Assembly (NCBI GenBank): GCA_964371475.1
Contig: CAYJMA010000001.1
Span: forward strand, 2,999-66,998
Reading direction: 5' to 3'
Origin: an uncultured Rikenellaceae bacterium
GTDB taxonomy: Bacteria; Bacteroidota; Bacteroidia; Bacteroidales; Rikenellaceae
Length of the DNA: 64,000 bases
The position numbers and the translations under genes are program-made. Numbering within the stretch: the first letter of the stretch is position 1; each line of letters starts with the position of its first letter. Below are positions 21,874 through 31,895 of this stretch, piece after piece. A model generated the notes under the pieces. That model searched no databases. It was not told the DNA's origin and was given only the letters and a program-made list of their open reading frames with translations.

Positions 21874-23559
21874 CTACACCTCCGCATCTCTATACAGTTC
21901 CATTTCGCAAGCACTGCAGTCGAACTTTAGGTATATTCGCACGTGATTGTTGAGCAAATAGAGTGGTTGTCGAAGTGGGTTTTCTCTCAGGCATAGTCCC
22001 TTTTCTCGCAGTATGCAGTATCTGCTACGCATTAGCCACTCCATCTGTTTGTTGTCAAGCCCACGGCTTGATGTTGTTCTGCGCGACGTGAGCTCCTTGC
22101 CAGACTGCGATAGCAGGCAATGAAACTGCTCCAATAACTCTCTACGTATTGCATTTATAGAGCTTTGTGGCATAAACGGTACATCTCCAACCGCTATCTC
22201 AACGCCCACAACATTAAAGATCGTGCCCCCACTCTTGCTCAGCGATGAGTGGAGTGTGGCGCGAGCTCGATTCGGATCTTTTGCCCTCTCAAAGGTTGTT
22301 AAGTCAAGCGGCACTGAGCACTCTCTACCCAACTCATCTCGAACCAATATGTTGTGGTCGGTTACCACGATCTCAACACTAATTAGTCGCTGTGCGGAGG
22401 GTCTAAACGACATAGAACTATTACGGTATAGCCTCATACCAACCTGTAACCCCTCGGTCGATAATAAATAGAGCCTGCTACCATCAGCACGATTTACCCT
22501 CACGCCTTGTATGCGCAATTCGCTATCTCTGTACGATAGCCCATCGCCACTCTCAATCCTTATGTCCGTTTGAGTCTCAATGACAATAAATCTCTGTTCC
22601 ACTTGTAGAACCTTACCTACAAACTGACCAGGTACTGTGGCACTCTGTGCCAAACGCTCCTTAGCATTCACACCATCGAAGAACCACTCTGTAAAGCCTC
22701 GATTGAACGAAAGGTTTACATCGGGGGTGAATGTTGCAGTGGAGCTTCCCCACGACGTTCGAGCCACCCCCAAGGAGTTAAGTAGCGAGTTGTAGTGCGA
22801 AACAATATTGCAGACATAGTCTTTGTCTTTTAGTCTCCCCTCGATTTTGAGCGAGCTGACACCAGCATCAAGAAGTTCGGCTATCCTTTTGGAAAGATTG
22901 AGATCACGGGGAGATAGTAGTGCTTCGTCTCTAATAACGATACTTCCCTTGCCATCAATAAGGTTATAGCGGCTGCGACAGGGTTGGGCACACTGCCCAC
23001 GATTTCCACTCCTTTGAGCAAGGTGCTCCGACAGATAGCACACTCCACTGTACCCGACACAGATTGCACCGTGCACAAATGCTTCGAGCTCTACGGAGGT
23101 TGCTTGTGAGATTTCCCGAATCTCGTCAATACTCAATGCCCGTTCCAATACGATGCGACTAACGCCAGCCTTTTCAAAGAGTTTGGCACGCTGGGGTGTA
23201 AGCTGTGAGGTTTGCGTAGAGGCGTGCATTTCCACCGGTAGTTCCATATCGAGGAGTCGAACATCCTGAAAGATAATTGCATCAACACCAGCATCAATAG
23301 CCTCCATTGCCAAAGCCTTGGCTTCGATCAGTTCTTGGTCATAAAGCAGGGTGTTAAGAGCAAGGTAGACCCTAACTCCAAATGGTTTTGCACGCATACA
23401 AAGCTCCTTTATTTCCTCGGTAGTGCAACCCGCTGCCGAGCGTGCCGAAAAACTACGTGCGCCAACATACAGAGCATCTGCACCACTATCAATAGCTGCA
23501 ATTCCAGCCTCGAGCGAACCGGCAGGTGCAAGTAACTCAACTTTTTGATGAAAAATCAT
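21874..23559 (-). CDS. Peptidase U32 family protein with a long C-terminal extension
   Basis: 561 aa. The N-terminus VELLAPAGSLEAGIAAIDSGADALYVG and the conserved EAFVHGAICVGYSGVCYLS block are typical of the U32 (PrtC/RlhA-like) family. Confidence 0.85.
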   Translation of the reverse strand: MIFHQKVELLAPAGSLEAGIAAIDSGADALYVGARSFSARSAAGCTTEEIKELCMRAKPFGVRVYLALNTLLYDQELIEAKALAMEAIDAGVDAIIFQDVRLLDMELPVEMHASTQTSQLTPQRAKLFEKAGVSRIVLERALSIDEIREISQATSVELEAFVHGAICVGYSGVCYLSEHLAQRSGNRGQCAQPCRSRYNLIDGKGSIVIRDEALLSPRDLNLSKRIAELLDAGVSSLKIEGRLKDKDYVCNIVSHYNSLLNSLGVARTSWGSSTATFTPDVNLSFNRGFTEWFFDGVNAKERLAQSATVPGQFVGKVLQVEQRFIVIETQTDIRIESGDGLSYRDSELRIQGVRVNRADGSRLYLLSTEGLQVGMRLYRNSSMSFRPSAQRLISVEIVVTDHNILVRDELGRECSVPLDLTTFERAKDPNRARATLHSSLSKSGGTIFNVVGVEIAVGDVPFMPQSSINAIRRELLEQFHCLLSQSGKELTSRRTTSSRGLDNKQMEWLMRSRYCILREKGLCLRENPLRQPLYLLNNHVRIYLKFDCSACEMELYRDAEV

Positions 23560-23625
23560 TGTGCAAAATTAAAGAAAAATCGCTAAATTTGCTCGATAAA
23601 AGAACATTTGAGTCGCAAATAAATT

Positions 23626-25953
23626 ATGAAAGGCATCGTTCAAACACTTGTATTACTACTTATTGTAGGATGTAGCGCCACTAAATATGTGCCAGAGACG
23701 CAGTCCCTACTGGTGAAAAATCGAGTGATTATTGACGAACCTAAGGGAGCCGATGTCAACCGAGATGAACTCGCAAGCTACATACAACAACACCCCAATC
23801 GTAAACTATTTGGACTCGGCATATACCTCGGATTTTATAACAGCACTGATACATCAAAACATAGCGGATGGCACAAATTCTGGCGAGAAAAGGTAGGCGA
23901 AGCTCCCACGATACTCGATAGCACGAAGATAGCTAAGACTGTTGAGATGATGGGAATTTATCTCGAATCAATGGGGTTTCTTAACGCATCAATCAAGGAT
24001 ACTATTGAGATTAGCGACAAGCGCAAATCTCAGGTCAAGTACCAAATAAAGTCTAACGAGCCATATACTATAGCCTCAGTTAAGTATGTCATAGATGATG
24101 ACTTTATCAGGCCCATTGTCGAGCAAGATACTGTAAACTCACTGCTAAAGGTTTCGAAGAGATTTGAGCGCAAAATCCTTGAGGACGAACGTATGAGAAT
24201 TACCACCAACCTTCGTAATCAAGGTTTTTGGGGATTTAATCAAAACTATATCTCGTATGTTGCCGATTCGTCTCGCGGAGACAATACTGTTGCACTTACC
24301 GTGGAGCTAAAGCAGTTGGTGGCAGGCAAGGATAGTGAAGGGCAGGATATATTGATGAATCATCCAATTTATCGAATTAGCGATATTACGTTGAACTCGA
24401 ATTTCGATGCGTCGGCCTCTGCCGAGCAGCAGAAAACACTATATGATACTATCGAGTATAATGGTGTGAGTATTCTCTACAAAGATAGATTGTTGATCCG
24501 AGAGAGGATACTCTTAGAGCAGCTCGGTATGTCACCCGGTGAGATATTCGATCAACAAGGCATCGAGCAAACATACTCTAACGTACGCTCGTTAGGCTTT
24601 AACTCCTCGATCATATTTTCGCCACTGCCCATTGATAGCTCCAATATTGTATATGTTACGACCTTTGATGGTGAGGCATATACCACTCAGCGAGAGTTGA
24701 GCTGTATGATACAGTGTACGCCCATTGTGCGACAAGCCTTTTCGCTCGACTTTGAAACCTCGACCAATGAGAGTTACCTATCGCTGGCTCTAAAGTTCGG
24801 GTACCAGAATCGTAACTTGCTGCGAGGAGCCGAGGATTTCAACGTATCGCTCCGTGGAGCATACGAATTTCTGTGGTCAACCGAGCAACAAAACTCCTAT
24901 GAGTTTGAAATAGCAACATCACTGTCTGTGCCACGATTTTGGTTGCCCATCTCACCGGAGCTGATGCGTGAGTTTAAGAACTCATCCACTGAGCTATCTC
25001 TGTCGTACAGTATTCAGAATCGCCCGGACTATAAACGCTCGATTCTCAGCGCTGTCTTTGGTTATGGTTGGACCCTCAAGAACGGTGCACGCTTTACGAT
25101 AAACCCTGCCGATGTTAACCTCGTTAGCGTACCGTGGATAGACTCTACATTTTTGGCAGATATCGAAAATCCGTATCTCAGAAATAGTTATGAATCACAA
25201 CTTATCTCAGGTCTCTCGGCGTCGTACTACTACAACACAAATCCGAACCCTAAGTTGGATGGTTTTGCATTTAGAGTAACAGGTGATATCAACGGTAACC
25301 TCTTCTATGGACTGAGTTCACTGTTTGGAGCAACCAAGCATACAACAAGTGCAGGGGATAGTTACTATAATCTCTTTGGGCTTCGCTATGCGCAGTATGT
25401 GCGACTGATGGCTGAGGTAAGCAATAGGGTAAACGTAGGTAGGCGATCGCAGATTGCTTGGCGATTTCTCATAGGTGCGGGCTATGCGTATGGAAATTCG
25501 CAGGTGTTGCCCTTCGAGCGACAGTACTTTGCCGGTGGTGGAAACTCGATGAGGGGATGGCAAGTACGTACGCTTGGGCCCGGGGGAGTGCTACTCGATA
25601 GAGAAGATGAGTCATACCCCAATCAACTGGGTGATATGCGACTTGAGGCCAATTTTGAGTACAGAGTAAGTGTTGTGGGAGGGCTAAATCTTGCCTTTTT
25701 TGTCGACTGTGGCAATATTTGGATGAATGCAGCCGGTACAGAAGATATACAACGCTTTAAGTTAAACACGTTCTATAAACAGCTTGCACTAAACACAGGA
25801 GCAGGCATTCGTTATGACCTCAATTTCTTTATACTGAGGCTTGACTGGGGACTAAAACTCCGCAATCCGAATGCACCCGATGGTCAACAGTGGTTTACCG
25901 ATCTTGCCCTCAATCGAACGGCACTTCACTTTGCCATTGGATTGCCTTTTTAA
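23626..25953 (+). CDS. BamA/TamA-family outer membrane protein
   Basis: 775 aa with a lipoprotein-type signal (LLIVGCS). C-terminal Omp85 beta-barrel features (FAGGGNSMRGW ... terminal aromatic F). Confidence 0.8.
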   Translation: MKGIVQTLVLLLIVGCSATKYVPETQSLLVKNRVIIDEPKGADVNRDELASYIQQHPNRKLFGLGIYLGFYNSTDTSKHSGWHKFWREKVGEAPTILDSTKIAKTVEMMGIYLESMGFLNASIKDTIEISDKRKSQVKYQIKSNEPYTIASVKYVIDDDFIRPIVEQDTVNSLLKVSKRFERKILEDERMRITTNLRNQGFWGFNQNYISYVADSSRGDNTVALTVELKQLVAGKDSEGQDILMNHPIYRISDITLNSNFDASASAEQQKTLYDTIEYNGVSILYKDRLLIRERILLEQLGMSPGEIFDQQGIEQTYSNVRSLGFNSSIIFSPLPIDSSNIVYVTTFDGEAYTTQRELSCMIQCTPIVRQAFSLDFETSTNESYLSLALKFGYQNRNLLRGAEDFNVSLRGAYEFLWSTEQQNSYEFEIATSLSVPRFWLPISPELMREFKNSSTELSLSYSIQNRPDYKRSILSAVFGYGWTLKNGARFTINPADVNLVSVPWIDSTFLADIENPYLRNSYESQLISGLSASYYYNTNPNPKLDGFAFRVTGDINGNLFYGLSSLFGATKHTTSAGDSYYNLFGLRYAQYVRLMAEVSNRVNVGRRSQIAWRFLIGAGYAYGNSQVLPFERQYFAGGGNSMRGWQVRTLGPGGVLLDREDESYPNQLGDMRLEANFEYRVSVVGGLNLAFFVDCGNIWMNAAGTEDIQRFKLNTFYKQLALNTGAGIRYDLNFFILRLDWGLKLRNPNAPDGQQWFTDLALNRTALHFAIGLPF

Positions 25954-26007
25954 GTCGATAGTATCAAAGAAGATATCTCAAAAAATATATAATAACATTA
26001 AAATACA

Positions 26008-28071
26008 ATGGAAAAGACATCACACGGAGCTTGGTTCTTAGGGCCTAAGGCAGAGCAGCAATCGATCTGGGAGCAGTTTATTGTTTATATCTTGCACGAC
26101 CATACCCATTGGCGCAAGAACTATTTTCCGAGCGATAGCGTCGTAATTAGTCGCTCTCACATTCGTAAGAACGAACCGTGGATTGATAATATGAGCGATG
26201 AGTTGGATAAGATTCTCGCAGCCTTTAAGTCCAACAATCCGAACCACTCGCCACGTTACCTTGCGCATATGGTCTCGGAGCAGACCCTGCCATCGGTTGT
26301 AGGATACTTTGCAGGTATGCTCTATAACTCAAATAATGTTAGTGGAGAGAGCTCGCCTATTGCAGTTCCTATGGAGCTTGAGGTTGGCAAGATGTTGGCA
26401 ACTATGCTTGGCTATGATGGCGAAAAGGCGTGGACACACCTTACCTCAGGTGGTACTGTGGCAAATATCGAGGCGATGTGGGTGGCGCGTACCATTAAAT
26501 TCGTGCCCTTCATTATCCGAGAGTTTTGTGAGAGGCACAACATAGACTTTATGGTTACGACCCCCAATGGTCAGAGCATAAGGATTCAAGAGTGCGAAAA
26601 CAGAGTGATGCTTGGTCTTAGGAGTCGAGATGCTGTGTTTATGGTGCGAGACCTCACACGGTGGCTTGTGGAGCAGTGTAGTTGGCAGCTTGCAGACGCT
26701 ATTGCGGCCATTGCCGACGTTACCAAGCATAGCAAATATAATATCATTAAGGAGGGGTTGCATACGATTCTAAATCGTTTGGGTGTGGAGCCAGTAATAT
26801 TGGTATCTCCTTCGGCGCATTACAGCATTAAGAAGGCTGCTAACTTGCTTGGGTATGGCGAGCGAGCGGTGCGTCTTGTCGAGGTTGATAGTAACTTTAG
26901 GCTTAATGTTGCGAAGTTACAAGAAGCAGTTGAGAATCTGTCGGAGAATGAATACATAGCGGCGGTTATTGCCATAGCTGGTACAACCGAAGAGGGCGCA
27001 ATTGATCCCATTCACAAGATTGTGGAGGTGCGCTCGGAGCTTGAGCAGCAGCACAATCGCTCGTTTTGGTTGCACATAGATTCTGCTTGGGGAGGGTACA
27101 TTCGCACGCTTTTCTGCGGTTATAAGGTTGAAAACACATCGTCGGCAAAGGAGTATAGAAGTAAGATAAACTCCGATACGGTGGGCTCCACCAAGGAGAA
27201 GATCTGGGAGCACGATCCAGAGATATACCTTTCGTTGATGAACTTCTCGGAGTCAGATTCCATAACGATCGACCCTCACAAACTCGGATATACGCCATAT
27301 CCGGCAGGTGTCGTGTCGTTTAAGCACTCGGTGGTTGTCGAACACATTAAGCAGGAGGCGCCGTATGTTTTCATAGGCGAGATGTTTAAGGACTATAATG
27401 CCGCCCCCGATATTTCGGAGGTTGGTAGCTACATTCTTGAGGGTTCAAAGCCGGGAGCAACTGCCGCTTCGTGCTACCTTGCGCATAAGACCATCCCACT
27501 TACACTCTATGGGCACGGCAAGATTATTAAGGCATCGTTGCAGAGCACAATTCGTCTTCAGAGACTTATGGAGTCGCATCTGTCAAAGTTCGAGCAGTAT
27601 GAATTAAAGGCAGCCGAGAAGATGAAAATAGAGAATATCCCTCCGTCTACTCGCCGCTTTACAATCATACCACTGCATAAAGCAGATAGTAACCTGATAT
27701 GTTTTGTTGTGCGCCCTGTGACAGAAAACGGCGAGGTTGATGGCTCGATGTGCCTGCACGAGGCAAATAAATTTAACGAACGAATCTTTGTACGTATGGG
27801 AATCGACCATAAAGAGATTCTGCGCTCAAGCACTACGTATGACTACTTTGTGAGTAAGACAGCCTTCCGAGATAGTGTGTATGGGTATAGCTCAATCGAG
27901 CCGGTTCTTTCTCGACTGAAAATCAGCGAGCAGGAGTACAAGGAGCACGGACTATATGTGCTCAGGACAACCATTATGAATCCATTTTATCCGCTGGCTG
28001 CCAGAGGTGGTAAGGACTATCTTGACGAGTATGTGGCGTGTATTCACGCAAATGCCTGCGCCGAACTTTAG
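26008..28071 (+). CDS. PLP-dependent group II decarboxylase, tyrosine-decarboxylase (TyrDC) type
   Basis: 687 aa. N-terminal WFLGPKAEQ...HWRKNYFPSD...RYLAHMVSEQTLPS..MLYNSNNVSGESSP, then SGGTVANIEAMW and the PLP lysine context SITIDPHKLGYTPYPAGVV. This resembles enterococcal TyrDC from memory. Confidence 0.75.
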   Translation: MEKTSHGAWFLGPKAEQQSIWEQFIVYILHDHTHWRKNYFPSDSVVISRSHIRKNEPWIDNMSDELDKILAAFKSNNPNHSPRYLAHMVSEQTLPSVVGYFAGMLYNSNNVSGESSPIAVPMELEVGKMLATMLGYDGEKAWTHLTSGGTVANIEAMWVARTIKFVPFIIREFCERHNIDFMVTTPNGQSIRIQECENRVMLGLRSRDAVFMVRDLTRWLVEQCSWQLADAIAAIADVTKHSKYNIIKEGLHTILNRLGVEPVILVSPSAHYSIKKAANLLGYGERAVRLVEVDSNFRLNVAKLQEAVENLSENEYIAAVIAIAGTTEEGAIDPIHKIVEVRSELEQQHNRSFWLHIDSAWGGYIRTLFCGYKVENTSSAKEYRSKINSDTVGSTKEKIWEHDPEIYLSLMNFSESDSITIDPHKLGYTPYPAGVVSFKHSVVVEHIKQEAPYVFIGEMFKDYNAAPDISEVGSYILEGSKPGATAASCYLAHKTIPLTLYGHGKIIKASLQSTIRLQRLMESHLSKFEQYELKAAEKMKIENIPPSTRRFTIIPLHKADSNLICFVVRPVTENGEVDGSMCLHEANKFNERIFVRMGIDHKEILRSSTTYDYFVSKTAFRDSVYGYSSIEPVLSRLKISEQEYKEHGLYVLRTTIMNPFYPLAARGGKDYLDEYVACIHANACAEL

Positions 28072-28110
28072 GGTAAATTATATTTCAATTATAAATTCAT
28101 AGATATCAAT

Positions 28111-29196
28111 ATGAAGACAACATTACTATCACTTTTGACCCTCTTTGTTGTTGCCACATCGTGCACATCGAGCAAGGTTACTGGAGATCGCACCGAGGAT
28201 GGTACACCGATCATCTACTTTAGTCGCCACATTAGTGGTGATTCGATACTGATTCTCTTTGAGCGTTTGGGCATCAAACCCGAAGGGAAGGTTGGCTTAA
28301 AGCTCCACTTTGGCGAGAGCGGCAACCCTAATCATCTGAGTGCTGAGCTATCTAAACCCCTTACGCTTGCCTATGACGCAACGCTTGTCGAGACCAATGT
28401 TGCATATAGTGGCGAGCGTGCAAAGAGCGATACACATAAAGCACTTGCCAAGCGTCACGGTTTTGACTTTGCGCCAATCGACATCCAGGACGAGTTTGGA
28501 GACACGACCATTGCGTGCGACACGAAACACTACACGAGTGTTAGTGCAGGGAAGAGCTTTTTTGATTATGATAGCTACATAATCTTTAGTCACTTCAAGG
28601 GACACGGTAGTTCGGGCTATGGCGGTGCAATAAAGAATATAGCGATGGGGCTTGCCTCCCCCTCGGGCAAGCGTGCTCAGCACTCAGGCGATATTCCGAG
28701 TGTTGATCCCGAGAAGTGCCTCGATTGTGGACTATGTGCAAGGTATTGCGCTCAGGAGGCAATAACGAACCGTCCGATGCAGATCAATGGTTCGAAGTGT
28801 AATGGCTGCGGACAGTGCGTGACAGAGTGCCCGTATGATGCACTATATAAGATAGAGTACTCAAGGGAGCTCTTTATGGAGCGACTCGTGGACTATACCA
28901 AGGGGCTAATCGCTCAGAGGCCGATGTACTATGTGAATGTTATGGCTAACATCTCGGCACTGTGCGATTGCGCTCGAACGTACCAAAAGCCATTTATGAA
29001 TGACGTGGGCGTTGTTGTCGGCACAGATATTGTGGCAGTAGAGCAAGCTGCCTATGACCTTGTAAACAAAGCCCACGGCACAGAAGATGCCTTTGAAAAC
29101 GGAGGTAAAGGAACCGGTAAGCACCAAATTACCTATGCCGAACAAGAGGGACTTGGAACTACAAAATATATACTAATAGACATAGACAAAGAGTAA
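28111..29196 (+). CDS. DUF362 domain protein with a 4Fe-4S ferredoxin insert, lipoprotein signal
   Basis: 361 aa with signal/lipobox VVATSC. Two CxxCxxCxxxCP clusters (CLDCGLCARYC, CNGCGQCVTECP). Confidence 0.7.
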   Translation: MKTTLLSLLTLFVVATSCTSSKVTGDRTEDGTPIIYFSRHISGDSILILFERLGIKPEGKVGLKLHFGESGNPNHLSAELSKPLTLAYDATLVETNVAYSGERAKSDTHKALAKRHGFDFAPIDIQDEFGDTTIACDTKHYTSVSAGKSFFDYDSYIIFSHFKGHGSSGYGGAIKNIAMGLASPSGKRAQHSGDIPSVDPEKCLDCGLCARYCAQEAITNRPMQINGSKCNGCGQCVTECPYDALYKIEYSRELFMERLVDYTKGLIAQRPMYYVNVMANISALCDCARTYQKPFMNDVGVVVGTDIVAVEQAAYDLVNKAHGTEDAFENGGKGTGKHQITYAEQEGLGTTKYILIDIDKE

Positions 29197-29201
29197 AGCG
29201 T

Positions 29202-30395
29202 ATGAGAATTAAAGTAAGCGACACACTATATTATATAGGTGTGAATGACAGAAAGAAATCACTATTCGAGAATATATGGCCACTTCCCAGCGGAGTTAGT
29301 TATAACTCCTATGTGATACGAGATCAAAAGACAGCACTGCTAGATACCGTAGAGTTGGGTACGGGAGGTAAGCCGTTTTTGAGTAGCGTGGAGGAGATAT
29401 TAGATGGTCGGGAGTTGGACTATTTGGTTATAAATCATATGGAGCTTGACCACGCAGGTGAGATAGGTGCCGTGGTTCGTCGCTGGCCTGATGTTAAAAT
29501 AGTGGGTAACTCAAAGACTTTCAAGGTTTTGGAGGGTTACTATGGCATCACGGAGAATTTGATGGAGGTAAAGGACGGTGAGGAACTAAACCTTGGTAAG
29601 CATAACCTTCGATTTATATTCACGCCGTGGGTGCACTGGCCAGAAACAATGATGACCTATTGTACTGAAGAGAAGATACTCTTTTCGGCAGACGCCTTTG
29701 GAACGTTTGGAACACTCGACGGTGGAGTCTTCGACGATGAGATCGATGTGAACGACTATCTTGACGAGATGCGTAGATACTACTCAAACATAGTTGGGAA
29801 GTACTCAGGTATGGTGCAGAAAGCATTTGCGAAGCTCTCAGCGGTTGAGATAAAGATGATTTGCCCTTTGCACGGTCCGATATGGCGAGCAAACCCTATG
29901 CAAGTGGTGGATCTATATGATAAGTGGAGTAGGTATGAGGCCGAAGAGAATGGTGTTGTGATAATCTATGCATCGATGTATGGTAATGGTGAGCAGATGG
30001 CAGACTATATTGCTCGTAGGTTGTGCGAGAATGGTGTTCGAAAGATAAAGATTCACGATGTGAGCAAGACCCATATTTCGTATCTTATTTCCGATATATG
30101 GAAGTACAGAGGTGTGATTCTCGGCTCGTGTGCCTATAACACGCAGATGTTTCCGCTGATGGACAACCTGTGTAGAGAGTTGCAACATATGGGTGTTAAG
30201 GAGCGATTGCTTGGTCTATTCGGGTCGTATAGTTGGAGTGGTGGTGGAGTGCGAAATTTGAATACCTTTGCAGAGAATATTTGCTGGGATTTGGTTGCCC
30301 CTGCCGTCGATATGCTCGGTGCTCCAACGCCTGAGAAGCTTGCAAAATGTGATGAAATAGCCGCCGCAATGGCACAAAAAATAGAAGCAAAATGA
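29202..30395 (+). CDS. FprA-family flavodiiron protein (metallo-beta-lactamase plus flavodoxin domains)
   Basis: 397 aa. Di-iron motif HMELDHAG and a C-terminal flavodoxin-like domain (VVIIYASMYGNGEQMA). Confidence 0.88.
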   Translation: MRIKVSDTLYYIGVNDRKKSLFENIWPLPSGVSYNSYVIRDQKTALLDTVELGTGGKPFLSSVEEILDGRELDYLVINHMELDHAGEIGAVVRRWPDVKIVGNSKTFKVLEGYYGITENLMEVKDGEELNLGKHNLRFIFTPWVHWPETMMTYCTEEKILFSADAFGTFGTLDGGVFDDEIDVNDYLDEMRRYYSNIVGKYSGMVQKAFAKLSAVEIKMICPLHGPIWRANPMQVVDLYDKWSRYEAEENGVVIIYASMYGNGEQMADYIARRLCENGVRKIKIHDVSKTHISYLISDIWKYRGVILGSCAYNTQMFPLMDNLCRELQHMGVKERLLGLFGSYSWSGGGVRNLNTFAENICWDLVAPAVDMLGAPTPEKLAKCDEIAAAMAQKIEAK

Positions 30396-30730
30396 AAGTA
30401 GAATTAAAACACACCGCATTGGAGCTTGGCTCTGGTGATATGGAAGTCTTTGGCACTCCTGCAATGGTTGCACTGATGGAAAATGCCGCAATGAGGGCCG
30501 CTCAAAGCCACTGTCAAGATGGCGAGACCACAGTTGGCATAGCCCTAAATATTATCCATAGCAAGGCGACACCCCTTGGAGATGAAGTTGCCGCCACGGC
30601 TACCCTTATCGGTAGTGAAGGTCGGAAACTAAGCTACGAGGTAGTTGCGCACGACAGTAGTGGCGAAATTGGGAGAGGTACGCACGATAGATTTATAGTA
30701 AATCGTGCAAAATTCATAGCAAAGTTGTAA
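30392..30730 (+). CDS. Hotdog-fold thioesterase (FlK-like family)
   Basis: 112 aa. FGTPAMVALMENAA...GTHDRFIV pattern. ATGA overlap with the upstream gene. Confidence 0.65.
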   Translation: MKVELKHTALELGSGDMEVFGTPAMVALMENAAMRAAQSHCQDGETTVGIALNIIHSKATPLGDEVAATATLIGSEGRKLSYEVVAHDSSGEIGRGTHDRFIVNRAKFIAKL

Positions 30731-30807
30731 AAAAAATCATAACTTTACGGCAATTCAAAGTATCGAATTATTAAAAAAAATTAACAAATAAATTACTCAA
30801 AAAAACA

Positions 30808-31875
30808 ATGGACAAAAGATTTCCAGCTGGCGTACTCACCGGCGACAAAGTAGGCGAACTATTTGCATACGCAAAAGAGAAAGGATTTGCAATTCCTGCA
30901 GTAAACGTAACGGGTACAGACACCATTAACGCAGTTATAGAGACCGCAGCATCTGTTAATTCACCAGTGATCATTCAGCTATCCAATGGTGGAGCTGCGT
31001 TTTACGCAGGCAAAGGCATCAAGGTTGAAGGTCAAGGCGCAGCCATTTTAGGTGGTATTGCAGCCGCGAAACACGTACATACTGTTGCTGAGGCCTATGG
31101 TGTGCCAGTAATTCTACATACTGACCACGCTGCAAAAAAACTTCTTCCTTGGATTGATGGTCTGCTTGATGCCTCGGAAAAACACTTCGCACTAACAGGA
31201 ACTCCGCTCTTTAGCTCGCATATGCTTGATTTGTCTGAGGAGTCGCTTGCCGAGAACCTCGAAATCTGTGCTGCATACCTAACTCGTATGGCTAAGATGG
31301 GTATGACCCTTGAAATCGAACTTGGTATTACCGGCGGTGAGGAAGATGGTGTAGACAATAGCCACGTAGATGTTTCGAAGCTCTATACTCAACCCGAGGA
31401 GGTGTGCGAGGCGTATGAAGTGCTATCTAAGATTAGCCCCAATTTTACAATCGCAGCGTCGTTTGGAAACGTGCACGGTGTCTACAAACCTGGCAACGTA
31501 GTGCTAAACCCAAAAATTCTTGACGCCTCACAAAAGTATATTGCAGAGAAGCACTCGACAGTAGCCAAACCAGTGAACTTTGTATTCCACGGCGGTTCGG
31601 GATCAACCCAAGAGGAGATTCGTGAGTCAATAGGCTATGGTGTAATTAAGATGAACCTTGACACAGATATGCAGTGGGCATTCTGGAGTGGTATCAAGAA
31701 CTTCTACACTGCCAATGAAGCATATTTGCAAGCCCAACTTGGCAACCCCGAGGGTGAAGAAAAACCGAATAAGAAATATTACGATCCACGTGTATGGTTG
31801 CGCAAAGGTGAGGAGTCTATCATAGCTCGTCTCAAGGAGTCGTTCGAGGATCTTAACTGTATTGACGTACTATAA
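30808..31875 (+). CDS. fba: Fructose-bisphosphate aldolase, class II
   Basis: 355 aa. FAIPAVNV, ILHTDH and FHGGSGS motifs. Confidence 0.93.
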   Translation: MDKRFPAGVLTGDKVGELFAYAKEKGFAIPAVNVTGTDTINAVIETAASVNSPVIIQLSNGGAAFYAGKGIKVEGQGAAILGGIAAAKHVHTVAEAYGVPVILHTDHAAKKLLPWIDGLLDASEKHFALTGTPLFSSHMLDLSEESLAENLEICAAYLTRMAKMGMTLEIELGITGGEEDGVDNSHVDVSKLYTQPEEVCEAYEVLSKISPNFTIAASFGNVHGVYKPGNVVLNPKILDASQKYIAEKHSTVAKPVNFVFHGGSGSTQEEIRESIGYGVIKMNLDTDMQWAFWSGIKNFYTANEAYLQAQLGNPEGEEKPNKKYYDPRVWLRKGEESIIARLKESFEDLNCIDVL

Positions 31876-31895
31876 GAGATTTTAAGTGTAGAACT

